Positions 41,069-51,231 are shown, counted from the first letter of the stretch. The stretch: 64,000 nt of DNA from an uncultured Verrucomicrobiota bacterium (GCA_902551155.1 CACDBG010000002.1:6914-70913), one strand, 5' to 3'. Numbers and translations are program-made. Notes: generated by a model from the sequence alone, not told the origin.

Positions 41069-42160
41069 GTGTTGCCCCCTATATCATCTCAAAAGCCAGA
41101 CGAATTAGCCAGTTGGTTGGTGGAGGCGGGCGAGCCTGTCTACCGCGCCGACCAGATTTTGCGTTGGGTTCACAAGGGTTCCATATGCGACTGGTCCCAG
41201 ATGGGAAATATTCCTGATGGCCTTAAAAGTAAGCTCTCTAGTAGTTTTACTTTTTCATCAGTTAAGTTAGTGCGTAAGCAAGGGGGAGTTGACACGACTA
41301 TTAAATTTCTTTGGAAACTTTCAGATGGGCAATATGTTGAAAGTGTATTAATCCCAGCAAGTCCATCATTCTATGGTGAGGCGAGTGACCGGCATACACT
41401 CTGCGTTTCAACTCAAGTAGGTTGCGCTTACGGATGTAAATTCTGTGCTAGCGGATTAGAGGGGTTCAAAAGAAATCTTAAGCCGAGTGAAGTGATTGAT
41501 CAGGTTCTTTCCGTTGAAGCCCTTTTTAAGGAAAGAGTTTCTAATGGCAGGAGGTTAATTACAAATTTAGTAATTATGGGAATGGGTGAGCCATTGGCAA
41601 ATTATGATAATCTACTAGATGCGTTAAATATTTTGAATTCAACATGGTCTGCAAATATCGGGGCTCGTAAAATAACTATTTCTACCAGTGGGCTTGTTCC
41701 GCAGATTATCAAGCTGTCTGATCAGCCAAAGCAATATCGTTTGGCCATTAGCTTACATGGCGCAACCGATGGGGTGCGCAACAAAATCATGCCTATCAAC
41801 CGCAAGTATCCATTGAGTAAACTTTCGGATGCAGTTGAAATTTATCAATCGAAAAAGAAAGGGTCTATTACATTGGAGTATATCCTAATTGAAGGAATAA
41901 ACGATGGAATCGACCAGGTGCCACATCTTGCAATCCTGTCGGAACGCCTACGTGCCAAGGTAAACATAATTCCGTATAACAGTGTGGAGGGCCTGGGCTA
42001 CCAGCGACCGAGTATAACGAGTCAAGAATGTTTCGTGAGGGCTCTAATTGATAAAGGTGTAAGAGCAACTCTCAGGCGAGAGAAAGGGCATGATATAGAT
42101 GCAGCTTGTGGTCAATTGAGGCTCAAGGTAGAAAAGAAGTTGGACTCTAAGGAAAACTGA
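41069..42160 (+). CDS. rlmN: 23S rRNA (adenine2503-C2)-methyltransferase, radical SAM.
   Basis: YRADQILRWV, the CxxxCxxC cluster CAYGCKFCASG, GMGEPLAN, and a C-terminal CGQL. GTG start. Confidence 0.93.
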   Translation: MLPPISSQKPDELASWLVEAGEPVYRADQILRWVHKGSICDWSQMGNIPDGLKSKLSSSFTFSSVKLVRKQGGVDTTIKFLWKLSDGQYVESVLIPASPSFYGEASDRHTLCVSTQVGCAYGCKFCASGLEGFKRNLKPSEVIDQVLSVEALFKERVSNGRRLITNLVIMGMGEPLANYDNLLDALNILNSTWSANIGARKITISTSGLVPQIIKLSDQPKQYRLAISLHGATDGVRNKIMPINRKYPLSKLSDAVEIYQSKKKGSITLEYILIEGINDGIDQVPHLAILSERLRAKVNIIPYNSVEGLGYQRPSITSQECFVRALIDKGVRATLRREKGHDIDAACGQLRLKVEKKLDSKEN

Positions 42161-42177
42161 ACTACAAAAAACGGACT

Positions 42178-42795
42178 GTGGTCTCCTTGATCGATTACGG
42201 AGCAGGAAATGTTCGCAGTGTGCATAAATCACTCACCGCTGCCGGAGCAAAAGTAAAACTGGTGTCGGATCCAGACTTAGTATCCTCATCCGGTGCGGTG
42301 GTTTTACCGGGTGTTGGGGCATTCGATGACTGTATTAATGCTATGCAAAAGCAAGAGCTCTTTGAGGCCGTCAGAAGCTTTATAGCTACTGGTGGGCCTT
42401 TCCTGGGCATTTGTGTCGGCTACCAAGCCCTTTTTGAGAGAAGCGATGAGTTTGAATCACAAGAAAAAGGCCTTGGTATCTTTGAAGGGTGCGTAAAACG
42501 ATTTCCTGATTCTGAAGAGCATAAAGTTCCTCAAATAGGATGGAATACTGTTGAAGTCTTGCGGGATGAATGCCCCCTTTTTAAAGGTATCAAGTCTGGG
42601 GATTATTTCTATTTTGTTCATAGTTATTACCCTCAACCATTAGCAGAAGCTATTGTTGCTACAACTACAAATTATGGTGTTTCTTTTGCTTCCTCCATAT
42701 GGCACGAAAACATATATGCCACGCAGTTCCATCCTGAAAAAAGTCAGAAGGCTGGGATTAAAGTACTAAAAAACTTCATAGACTTAATGTCATAG
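42178..42795 (+). CDS. hisH: Imidazole glycerol phosphate synthase, glutamine amidotransferase subunit.
   Basis: IDYGAGNVRSV, the nucleophile elbow GICVGYQ, and HSY...ATQFHPEKS. Confidence 0.93.
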   Translation: MVSLIDYGAGNVRSVHKSLTAAGAKVKLVSDPDLVSSSGAVVLPGVGAFDDCINAMQKQELFEAVRSFIATGGPFLGICVGYQALFERSDEFESQEKGLGIFEGCVKRFPDSEEHKVPQIGWNTVEVLRDECPLFKGIKSGDYFYFVHSYYPQPLAEAIVATTTNYGVSFASSIWHENIYATQFHPEKSQKAGIKVLKNFIDLMS

Positions 42796-42820
42796 ATTTG
42801 TGGGGCTTGCCCATTGCTTA

Positions 42821-42839
42821 TTTGAATGCTAGATTCAAA
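42821..42839. promoter_or_regulatory. Perfect 7-5-7 inverted repeat, a candidate operator in the sod promoter region.
   Basis: TTTGAAT-GCTAG-ATTCAAA ends 23 nt upstream of the sod ATG. Confidence 0.4.
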
Positions 42840-42862
42840 GACTAACACTATACACTATTTAT

Positions 42863-43477
42863 ATGGCTTACGAACTACCTGATCTTGAATATGCGCACGA
42901 CGCACTCGAGCCGCACATTGATGCGCAAACTATGGAAATTCATCACGGCAAACATCATGCGACTTATATTGCCAAGCTTAACGCTGCGATTGAGGGAAAT
43001 GATGAGCTCGTAGGAAAAGCTATAGAAGATCTTGTCAGCGATCTTGATTCCATTCCCGAAAATATACGGGGAGCAGTACGAAACAACGGCGGAGGCCATG
43101 CCAACCACTCACTTTTTTGGAAGGTTATGAGCCCGGGTGGAGGCGGTGAGCCTTCCGGTGCATTAGCAGAAGCTATTGAAAGCGATCTTGGGGGAATGGA
43201 ATCCTTTAAGGAAGCATTTGAGGCAGCTGGGGCAACACGTTTTGGTAGTGGATGGGCTTGGCTTTGTGTTAAAAATGATGGAAGTCTTTGTGTTTGTAGC
43301 ACGCCAAATCAGGATACGCCTCTTATGGAAGGGCGTACGCCTATTTTAGGGTGTGATGTTTGGGAGCATGCTTACTACCTCAAATATCAGAACCGACGAC
43401 CTGACTACCTGAAAGCATTTTGGAGTGTCGTTAACTGGGATGTAGTTGCTGAAAATTATCAGGCAGCTAAAAGTTAG
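42863..43477 (+). CDS. Superoxide dismutase (Fe/Mn family).
   Basis: [28 protein letters not shown] ... [18 protein letters not shown]. Confidence 0.95.
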   Translation: MAYELPDLEYAHDALEPHIDAQTMEIHHGKHHATYIAKLNAAIEGNDELVGKAIEDLVSDLDSIPENIRGAVRNNGGGHANHSLFWKVMSPGGGGEPSGALAEAIESDLGGMESFKEAFEAAGATRFGSGWAWLCVKNDGSLCVCSTPNQDTPLMEGRTPILGCDVWEHAYYLKYQNRRPDYLKAFWSVVNWDVVAENYQAAKS

Positions 43478-43493
43478 GCATTTCACCGAATCT

Positions 43494-43517
43494 CAATAGG
43501 GATAAATATCCCTATTG
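43494..43517. terminator. Bidirectional hairpin between convergent sod and amidohydrolase genes.
   Basis: CAATAGGGATA-AA-TATCCCTATTG, with 11-nt perfect inverted arms, flanked by A/T-rich sequence. Confidence 0.5.
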
Positions 43518-43523
43518 ATAAAA

Positions 43524-44819
43524 TTATTGCCTTAAGCCTTTTGGCTTAGGGCGATTTTTATATTTCTCGTATAATCTTGTGTGGCGACTTTCAAGGCTGA
43601 CTTCCTTGCCATTGATCCACATCCGTTTGACGTTTGTTCTTATATCAAATAAATCTCCATCGGTGGCGATAAAGGATGCTTCTTTACCCTTTGTAAGTGA
43701 GCCAAGCTTGCTATCTGCATTTAACATTTGGGCTGGATGAAGAGTTATGCTTTTCAAGGCGACATCCCTAGGTAGTCCGTATGCCATAGATCGAGATGCC
43801 GCATAAATAATATTTCTAATTTCTGTCGCACCCCAATTCCCCATTTTAACACTATGCGCTATTTTAACCCCTGCCTGGTGTAGAATTCCCGCAGAACGGA
43901 AATTAATGTCATGGGGGTCGGTGTCTCTTTGAGGGAGCCGGAAAACATTATCTAAAACTACAGGGATATTATTTTTTGCCAGCAGTTCGCCGACGCGCCA
44001 AGCGTCTAATCCTGCTGCGATAATTATCTGATAATTACGTTTCTTCGACCATTTTACAGCGCTAATGATTTGCTGCTCATAATTTGCGTGAATGACAATC
44101 GGCTGTTTTTTTGAAATGACATCTAAGGTGGCCTCCCATGCGGGAATCAATTTAAAAGCCGCATCTTGTTTCCGGGCCTTGGCGTAAGCTTCTGCATCAT
44201 CAAAAAAACGGTCAATATCTAGTAGTTTCTTTTCGCGTTGTTTAGCCTGCTCCTTGGGTGATTTAAACTTATCCGGATCACGCATGGTTTCCTTTGGGGT
44301 TGTGTTGATTGAAAGCGAGGGCCACATCATGTGAAGAGCAACCCTTGATTTTACCGTCATGTCTTCAACCCCCCAGCCGTCGGTTTTTATCAGTCCTGAT
44401 GTGCCGGTTACTGTCCCGCCCATTGGTGCAACCAGCGCGTGAGTGAATCCATTAGCTCGGGCAACAGGGATTAACTCGGAATCCGGATTAACTGAGACCC
44501 AGGCTTCTACATCAGGGGTAAATTCTCCAACTTCGGAAGTGTCCTGGGTGGCTCGTACTGCATTGATTTCAGTCAGCCCCAGAGAGGTTGTTGCGGCAAT
44601 TAGACCAGGATATACCTGCAACTTACCCAAGTCTATTTCCCGGAAAACTTCAGGCGTTGCTAGCTTTGTTCCGATGGCGACTATTTCACCGTCCTTAACC
44701 AGCATTTGGCCATTAATGATTACTCCGCTGTCTGCCGGATGTATAGCCGCAGCCCGATAGAGGATTGTTTCAGCTTTAGCGAATGAAGCGATTATAACGA
44801 AGGCTAACAGAGTTCTCAT
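43524..44819 (-). CDS. Amidohydrolase-fold protein with a degenerate metal-binding motif (probably non-catalytic), secreted.
   Basis: Signal peptide MRTLLAFVIIASFAKA. PGLIAATTSLG occupies the place of PGLID-H-H-G. The start ATG overlaps the upstream stop (ATGA). Confidence 0.8.
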   Translation of the reverse strand: MRTLLAFVIIASFAKAETILYRAAAIHPADSGVIINGQMLVKDGEIVAIGTKLATPEVFREIDLGKLQVYPGLIAATTSLGLTEINAVRATQDTSEVGEFTPDVEAWVSVNPDSELIPVARANGFTHALVAPMGGTVTGTSGLIKTDGWGVEDMTVKSRVALHMMWPSLSINTTPKETMRDPDKFKSPKEQAKQREKKLLDIDRFFDDAEAYAKARKQDAAFKLIPAWEATLDVISKKQPIVIHANYEQQIISAVKWSKKRNYQIIIAAGLDAWRVGELLAKNNIPVVLDNVFRLPQRDTDPHDINFRSAGILHQAGVKIAHSVKMGNWGATEIRNIIYAASRSMAYGLPRDVALKSITLHPAQMLNADSKLGSLTKGKEASFIATDGDLFDIRTNVKRMWINGKEVSLESRHTRLYEKYKNRPKPKGLRQ

Positions 44820-47623
44820 GGTTTCCCTTTTTTGCATTCATAGCAGTTATTTAAGAGGTGTGCTTTTTCAAGTGCTTGTCTGAAAAATAATGCTCTGGCT
44901 GAAAGTTCAGTTTTCTCGCCCTTACCGTTTGAGCGTAATTTGGTAAGTAGCGTTTTGCGTTCATCGGCCATTGCTTTCGCGCGTGCTGCAGATTTTGATC
45001 GATCGTAGTACTGCTTGCCTTCGATCCATGTTTCATCACAAAGTGTTTGCGTATTAAGAGGGTGGCCATTCCAAATGACAAAGTCCGCGTCTTTTCCAAT
45101 CTCAAGCGATCCCACCCATTTGTCTATTCGGAGTTGCTTCGCGGGGTTTATGGTAACAAATTTAAGTGCTTCCTCCTCACTGACCGCTCCGTATTTTACC
45201 GCTTTTGCTGCTTCAAGATTCATTCTTCTGGCAAGGTCTGAGGAATCTGAATTGAAGCTGACTGAAACCCCACGCGCGTGAAGTAGTGATCCGTTATAGG
45301 GTATGGCATCGTATACCTCAAACTTGTATGCCCACCAGTCCGAAAAACTTGAAGCTCCAGCGCCATGAGATGCTATTTCATCGGCAATCTTGTAGCCTTC
45401 AAGAACGTGCTGAAGTGTGCCGACTCGAACACCGAACCTCTCCATTGTTCTTAAGAATATCAACATTTCATCCTGCCTATAAGAGTGGCAATGGATTAGG
45501 CGTTTTCCTTCAATAATTTCTCCAATAGCCTCCAATTCTAAGTCTCTCCGCTGTGGCTTATTATTGCCCATCTGGGGATTATTTTTCTTCTCTAAGTATT
45601 GCCGAGATTTGATAAACCTATTGTTAAAAAAAGTTTTCACACCCATTCGTGTTTGCGGGAAACGAGTTTTTCTATCATCACCCCAATTGGATTGTTTTAC
45701 GTTTTCCCCTAAAGCAAACTTGATGCCAGCTGGTGCTTTTTTGAAAATCATGTCATCAGGAAGTTCTCCGAAACGCAATTTGATAACTGCGTTTTGGCCT
45801 CCGATAGGATTGGCTGATCCATGAAGGAGATTTGCCGTGGTTAGCCCTCCGGCAAGTTGTCGGTAAATATTTTCAGTTTCAGAGTTAACGACGTCACCAA
45901 TGCGTACCATTGCAGTCGAGGGAAGAGTGCCTTCGTTTACCCCACCAAGTATCATGCTGTGACTGTGGCAATCTATTAACCCAGGTGTGACATGGCGGCC
46001 TTTGGCATCAATAATAAACGTATCAGGTGAGTCAGGCAGGCTTGAGATTGGGCCAATTGCGGTTATTCGCCCGTTTTTGATATGCATATTGGCATTGGAA
46101 AGTATGCCGGTTTGACCAGAAGTCCAAATGGTTGCATTTCTGATTATTATATTCGTAGGATTTTTTAAAACGCCTCGATAATTACTGGGATTTTTTGCGG
46201 TTACAGGCTCTAATTTTACATTTTTTTGTTTTGCATCTTTTTCTGTTTTCGTTGGCGTTGAATGGTTTGGAAAATGACGCCCTTCAATCCACACACCAGA
46301 GACTTGGTTTTCAGAATTAAACCAACTTTCGCCATCGACAATCGTTAAATTAGCTAACTTTCCCTTCTCAATAGTTCCCAACAGAGAACTCATCCCCAAT
46401 AATTTCGCGGGGTGAGTAGTCAGGGCCGTCAGTGCAGCCTTTTCAGTAAGACCTCTTTCGATGGATTTTTGAATGTTTTTACGGTATGGTTTAAGGCTCG
46501 TTAACCCGTGTATTGTAAACGAAAATTCACGGTTATTTTTAGATAGTAGTGCCGGGATTTCTGGAGCCCAATCCCACGTGCGTAATTGATCCAAGGAAAC
46601 CATGTTCCAATCCATTTCATCAGGTAAATCGGGGGCGGCGGGGAAGGTTACTGGCAGGATATAATCAAACGCGTGTTTTTTTAGTATTTCAGGCCTCCTC
46701 CATTCTTGTCCGGTGGCGACTATAATGGGTTCAAAACCTAACTCTTCAGAAAGCTTTGCGGTTCGGGCAATCATTAATACGCTCCCTGTTTCCACAGCAA
46801 CTCGCTGCTTATTGTCAGGCGCAATGACGTTTTCCATTGCTGCTAAAGCTGGATTGTATTTCATCCTGCTGAGGCCTTGATTTTGCTCAGTCCAGGTTCG
46901 CATTTTTTGATAGTGTATTGTGTCAAAAACTGTTTGCCTAATAGCCGCAATAACACCCATAAGTGATTTGGGATAGTTTTTTGCTGGACTGAAGGCCATA
47001 TGTTGCAGTGTAGATGGATCAAGAATCAAATTATTTGGATCTCCTTGCCCAAGTAATACGGAAGTACTACTGCCTCTAATAATACCGCTAGTTGGTATTA
47101 GGTTTCCCGCTGTATAGCCAAGTTCCCGTAAAGCAGAAAATTCTTTTTCGTTTGGCGAGAAAGTATCAGATACCTTGTATTGAGGGCGTATTTCTTCAAT
47201 CCCATAGCCGGGGCCGATATCTCCCATATCTCCCTTGGTAGTCGGTACTCCTTTGAAGTTAATACTTGAGCGTGCGTCAATAGGAACGGTCCATCGATTT
47301 GAAACCGGATTGGCTTTATCGTCTCCTATGGATAAGTAAGGCTCTATGAACCCTGCATAGATTGTTTTGCCATCCATTCGCCACACTCTGCAATCTGGCG
47401 GGATTGGTAATTTGCCTGTTTCAAAAACTGATCTAATTCTACCGTTTCTGATAATGATGGTTCCATTCTTAATAAGAACGCCGGGCTTGATTATGGTTCG
47501 CCCTCCCACTAATGCGTGAGCACCTGTTGAAACCGGCCTTTCCCCGGGAGGTTGTATTTCTGCCGGTGACAGAATCATTGCGCCGAGTAGCAGGGTGCAG
47601 GAAAACTTTACAAGAATCCGCAT
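44816..47623 (-). CDS. Large two-module amidohydrolase family protein (degenerate N-terminal module plus intact C-terminal module), secreted.
   Basis: 935 aa with a signal peptide. The N-terminal module has AGFIEPYLSIG (no HxH). The C-terminal module has TPGLIDCHSHS (intact HxH) and later HCH/H motifs. Confidence 0.85.
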   Translation of the reverse strand: MRILVKFSCTLLLGAMILSPAEIQPPGERPVSTGAHALVGGRTIIKPGVLIKNGTIIIRNGRIRSVFETGKLPIPPDCRVWRMDGKTIYAGFIEPYLSIGDDKANPVSNRWTVPIDARSSINFKGVPTTKGDMGDIGPGYGIEEIRPQYKVSDTFSPNEKEFSALRELGYTAGNLIPTSGIIRGSSTSVLLGQGDPNNLILDPSTLQHMAFSPAKNYPKSLMGVIAAIRQTVFDTIHYQKMRTWTEQNQGLSRMKYNPALAAMENVIAPDNKQRVAVETGSVLMIARTAKLSEELGFEPIIVATGQEWRRPEILKKHAFDYILPVTFPAAPDLPDEMDWNMVSLDQLRTWDWAPEIPALLSKNNREFSFTIHGLTSLKPYRKNIQKSIERGLTEKAALTALTTHPAKLLGMSSLLGTIEKGKLANLTIVDGESWFNSENQVSGVWIEGRHFPNHSTPTKTEKDAKQKNVKLEPVTAKNPSNYRGVLKNPTNIIIRNATIWTSGQTGILSNANMHIKNGRITAIGPISSLPDSPDTFIIDAKGRHVTPGLIDCHSHSMILGGVNEGTLPSTAMVRIGDVVNSETENIYRQLAGGLTTANLLHGSANPIGGQNAVIKLRFGELPDDMIFKKAPAGIKFALGENVKQSNWGDDRKTRFPQTRMGVKTFFNNRFIKSRQYLEKKNNPQMGNNKPQRRDLELEAIGEIIEGKRLIHCHSYRQDEMLIFLRTMERFGVRVGTLQHVLEGYKIADEIASHGAGASSFSDWWAYKFEVYDAIPYNGSLLHARGVSVSFNSDSSDLARRMNLEAAKAVKYGAVSEEEALKFVTINPAKQLRIDKWVGSLEIGKDADFVIWNGHPLNTQTLCDETWIEGKQYYDRSKSAARAKAMADERKTLLTKLRSNGKGEKTELSARALFFRQALEKAHLLNNCYECKKGKP

Positions 47624-47704
47624 GCCTGAACTTAATGATCGGATCTTTTAAGGGCAATTGATTTGTTTTGCGGCTATTATTTCGCTTGGGTAACTTTCAC
47701 GCCC

Positions 47705-48343
47705 ATGAGGGTAGCCAATAAACTTCGCTTAGGAATTCTGGGATCAGGTTGTGGGACGAATTTTCTCGCCATTAATTCAGCGATAGAAAACGGCGGTTTT
47801 CCGGCAGAAATTAGCATTGTGATTAGTGATATTGAAAGTTCAGTAATCCTCTCGCACGCTCGCCAACTCAATATTGACAGTCAATTTATTGATCCCGGCT
47901 CTTATCGAACTAAGCTGGATGAAGCAGCAGAAGCTAAATATGTTTCTTTGCTGACGGAGGCTGGCGTTGACCTAGTCGTGCTTGCGGGTTTTATGAGGAT
48001 CTTAAAAGGAGGGCTATTAAGCTCATTTGAGGGACGGGTAATAAACATCCATCCCTCGCTGCTTCCTTCTTTCCCGGGGCTTGATGCTTGCCAGCAAGCT
48101 TTGGATCACGGGGTAAAAGTCACTGGCGCAACCGTGCACTTCGTTGACCAAGGTGTTGATTCCGGTGCAATTATCATGCAGGATACTTGTAGGGTTTTGG
48201 ATGATGACACGCCTGTAACGCTTCTAGATCGAATTCACGAAGTTGAGCACAAAATATACCCAGCAGCAATTGCGGCTATTGCCAAAGGAGAAGTGGTTAA
48301 GAATGGGCGTAAAACAGCTAGAACAACTATATCTGAGTGTTAA
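47705..48343 (+). CDS. purN: Phosphoribosylglycinamide formyltransferase.
   Basis: LGILGSGCGTNF ... LAGFMRIL ... INIHPSLLP ... GATVHFVD. I chose the ATG at 47705 over the ORF-track start. Confidence 0.92.
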   Translation: MRVANKLRLGILGSGCGTNFLAINSAIENGGFPAEISIVISDIESSVILSHARQLNIDSQFIDPGSYRTKLDEAAEAKYVSLLTEAGVDLVVLAGFMRILKGGLLSSFEGRVINIHPSLLPSFPGLDACQQALDHGVKVTGATVHFVDQGVDSGAIIMQDTCRVLDDDTPVTLLDRIHEVEHKIYPAAIAAIAKGEVVKNGRKTARTTISEC

Positions 48344-48443
48344 AATATTGAAAAAAAGTTCGCTTTTAAACGCCAACAATGGCAAACCATCCCGCTCGCG
48401 CAGATTTTTCTGCTCCCCCGTTCCGATGACGGGTAATCCATGA

Positions 48444-49328
48444 ATGAGTAAAGATAAGGAAATCGTTCGCTTTGGGCTGCCTAAGGGTAGTCTTCAAGAT
48501 GCCGCGGTAGAGAAGCTATCTAAAGCAGGGTGGAATATCCGTGTTAGCAGTCGATCTTATCTGCCTTACGTAGATGACGTGCGGCTCGAAGTTCGCACTA
48601 TTCGCGCTCAGGAAATGAGCATTTATGTGGAACGGGGTTATCTAGATTGTGGAATTACGGGTTTAGATTGGATTCAAGAAAACGGTTCAGATGTTCATGA
48701 GGTAGGCGAGTTTCTATTTAGTAAGGCAACCAGCCGCCCTGCAAGATGGGTGTTAGCCGTGCCTGAAGGTTCAAATGTTTCCTCAGTCAAGGATTTGGAA
48801 GGTAAGCTAATTGCTACTGAAGTTGTTGAGCTAACAAAAAACTGGCTTAAATCTAATGGTGTAAAAGCCGATGTGGAGTTTTCTTGGGGAGCAACTGAAG
48901 TTAAGGCTCATGAACTGGTTGATGCGATTGTTGAGGTAACAGAGACAGGCAACAGTTTGCGCGCCAATAATCTGCGAATAGTAGATGAGCTTTTAAGTAG
49001 CACGCCACGATTAATTGCCAACAAGGAAGCGTGGACGAATAAGGCTAAACGCGATAAAATTGAGCAAATGGCACTGCTCTTGCGTGGAGCAATCGATGCT
49101 GAAAGAAAAGTAGGTTTAAAACTTAATATAGAACGAAAAAACCTAGATGATTTACTGGTAAAGCTTCCTTCTCTTCGAAATCCGACCGTTAATCAACTCT
49201 CGCAAGAGGGATGGGTCGCTATCGATACGGTGATTGACGAGCATGTTGTTCGGGAGATAATCCCTGAACTCAAAGCCTCAGGCGCTGAGGGAATAATTGA
49301 ATATCCTTTAAATAAAGTAATTTATTAA
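48444..49328 (+). CDS. hisG: ATP phosphoribosyltransferase (long form).
   Basis: FGLPKGSL ... RAQEMSIYVERGYLDCGITG ... ETGNSLRAN, plus a C-terminal regulatory domain. Confidence 0.9.
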   Translation: MSKDKEIVRFGLPKGSLQDAAVEKLSKAGWNIRVSSRSYLPYVDDVRLEVRTIRAQEMSIYVERGYLDCGITGLDWIQENGSDVHEVGEFLFSKATSRPARWVLAVPEGSNVSSVKDLEGKLIATEVVELTKNWLKSNGVKADVEFSWGATEVKAHELVDAIVEVTETGNSLRANNLRIVDELLSSTPRLIANKEAWTNKAKRDKIEQMALLLRGAIDAERKVGLKLNIERKNLDDLLVKLPSLRNPTVNQLSQEGWVAIDTVIDEHVVREIIPELKASGAEGIIEYPLNKVIY

Positions 49329-49358
49329 ACCCACCCGACTAACAACCTAATATAAATA

Positions 49359-49454
49359 ATGGGATCATTAAAGAAACGGCGAAAAGCCAAAATCAATAAA
49401 CACAAAAGACGTAAGGCTTCACGTGCCAACCGTCATAAGAAGCGTACTTGGTAG
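49359..49454 (+). CDS. 31-aa highly basic peptide (AURKAIP1/COX24-domain-like small protein), absent from the ORF track.
   Basis: ATG...TAG encodes MGSLKKRRKAKINKHKRRKASRANRHKKRTW. The MGS-x-KKRRK N-terminus matches the conserved bacterial small basic protein family. Confidence 0.65.
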   Translation: MGSLKKRRKAKINKHKRRKASRANRHKKRTW

Positions 49455-49527
49455 TTGGGGAGTTCTCCATCAATCAAGAAGTTTGCGCTTTAATATTTGC
49501 TTTCCATATGGCCCAATCGAGGGACAG

Positions 49528-51231
49528 ATGATACATATATTCCATAATATAGGCTACTTTGTCGCCTTGATAATGTTTTCAGTAGGCTGTGTTCAGGCTG
49601 ATGCCACCCAATCTCCCCCCAAAAAGTCAGCCGAAAAAAATAACACGCAGCAAAAAGAAGCTGAAGCCAATGAGGAACGTGAGTTCCAGGCTCTAAGACA
49701 TTTAGCAGCCGCCCAATCTCACCTTGAAAGAGGAGAAGAGCAGGAGGCCTTGGAGGAATACTATAAAGCAGCTTTAGCAAATCCATCTGATAAAAAAGTG
49801 GTGATGGAAGTCGTGCAAAGGCTGGTGGTTAATCGACAACGTGATAAGGCGTTTAAGTTATTAGTTGAGGCAACAAAAAGCCCGGCAGCCCCAGCAGAAT
49901 TGCACGGTTTATTAGCTGCAAGCTATCTTGAGAAAAAGAAGCCTGACTTGGCTAAGCAATCTGCTGAACAGGCGATAAATAAGTCACCAAAGTTAATCGT
50001 TGGCTACAAGGCAATGATGCAGGTTTATCGCTATGAAATACAAAAAGGAGAGCAGCGAATAAAACAGATACGTGGTGTAATTGATAAGGCGCTCAAGCAA
50101 AAAGAAGTTACCGCTCCGTTCAAAATTGAACTCGCCTTAATGATGGCAGGATATCTCTCATTGGAAAAAGACGCGGGAAAAGATTTTAAACCCAAAATCA
50201 TTGAGCTTTTGGACAGCGCTCGTGGAAGCAAGCCAGAGAAGCCTGCTCAGTTGGGCCAAATAGCGCAGGCATATCGGATGGCCGGAGCACACAAGCAGGC
50301 CGCCGCAGCTATGGAATCGTTGCTTAAGGCGTTGCCAGACAGTGCTGAAATCCTTTTGGAAACTGCGAGAGAACATGCATTGGCGGGCGATTTAGACCAA
50401 GCCAAATTGCACTTAGAGGCAATGATAAAAAAGTTTCCCGACAATTGGCGAGGGCACCAATTACTGGCAGCCATAGCAATGGACAAAGAAGAATACGAAT
50501 TGGCCGAAAAGCATTACAGAGAGGTAATAAAGCTAAACTCCAGAATGGAATCAGTTTATTACGATCTCGTGTCCTCGCTTCTCGCAGCAGATAAAATTGA
50601 TAAAGCTCAAGAGGCATTGAAAATGGCCCGGACTCGATTCAATCCTAATTTCATGCAGGCCTATTTCTCCGCTATGATTCAATTAGAAAAAAAGGAATAC
50701 CTCAAAGCCCATACAGAATTATTAGAGGCGGAAAAGTTGGCAAAAAAGGCGGAGCCCAATCGGTTAACGCATATCCTATATTTCCAGCTAGGCTCAACGG
50801 CTGAGAGAGCAAAAAAATATAAAGATGCCGAAAAATTCTTCCGTCAATCTATCGAAATGGAGCCAAACTATGCAACGGCGTTAAATTATCTTGGTTATAT
50901 GTGGGCTGACCGAAATGAAAATCTCAAGGAAGCTGAAGAATTTATAAGACGTGCCTTGAAGGAATCGCCTGATAACCCCGCATACCAAGACAGTCTTGCT
51001 TGGGTTTACTACCGGAGGGGCGAATTTAAAAAAGCCCTAGAATGGCAATTAAAGGCACTTAAGAATTCAGAAGAACCAGACCCAGAAATACTACTTCACT
51101 TAGGCCAGATATACGGAGCATTAAAGGATAAAGTGAATGCTCGAAAGTATTTAAATGAAGCGAGTAAGATCGAGGATACTGAGGACGATGTGAAAGCCAA
51201 AATCCAGAAAAAACTAAAAGAATTGGATTAG
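49528..51231 (+). CDS. Tetratricopeptide-repeat protein with an N-terminal signal or possible lipoprotein anchor.
   Basis: I chose the start at MIHIFHNIGYFVALIMFSVGC. Many TPR-like repeats are present (..AL.YLGYMWADR.., AYQDSLAWVYYRRGEFKKA). Confidence 0.85.
   Translation: MIHIFHNIGYFVALIMFSVGCVQADATQSPPKKSAEKNNTQQKEAEANEEREFQALRHLAAAQSHLERGEEQEALEEYYKAALANPSDKKVVMEVVQRLVVNRQRDKAFKLLVEATKSPAAPAELHGLLAASYLEKKKPDLAKQSAEQAINKSPKLIVGYKAMMQVYRYEIQKGEQRIKQIRGVIDKALKQKEVTAPFKIELALMMAGYLSLEKDAGKDFKPKIIELLDSARGSKPEKPAQLGQIAQAYRMAGAHKQAAAAMESLLKALPDSAEILLETAREHALAGDLDQAKLHLEAMIKKFPDNWRGHQLLAAIAMDKEEYELAEKHYREVIKLNSRMESVYYDLVSSLLAADKIDKAQEALKMARTRFNPNFMQAYFSAMIQLEKKEYLKAHTELLEAEKLAKKAEPNRLTHILYFQLGSTAERAKKYKDAEKFFRQSIEMEPNYATALNYLGYMWADRNENLKEAEEFIRRALKESPDNPAYQDSLAWVYYRRGEFKKALEWQLKALKNSEEPDPEILLHLGQIYGALKDKVNARKYLNEASKIEDTEDDVKAKIQKKLKELD

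Noticed and set aside
48344-48443. A His-rich leader peptide or attenuator upstream of hisG.
   Set aside because: No run of His codons and no terminator or antiterminator pair is visible. The listed 66-aa ORF (48243..48443) overlaps the purN end and looks spurious.
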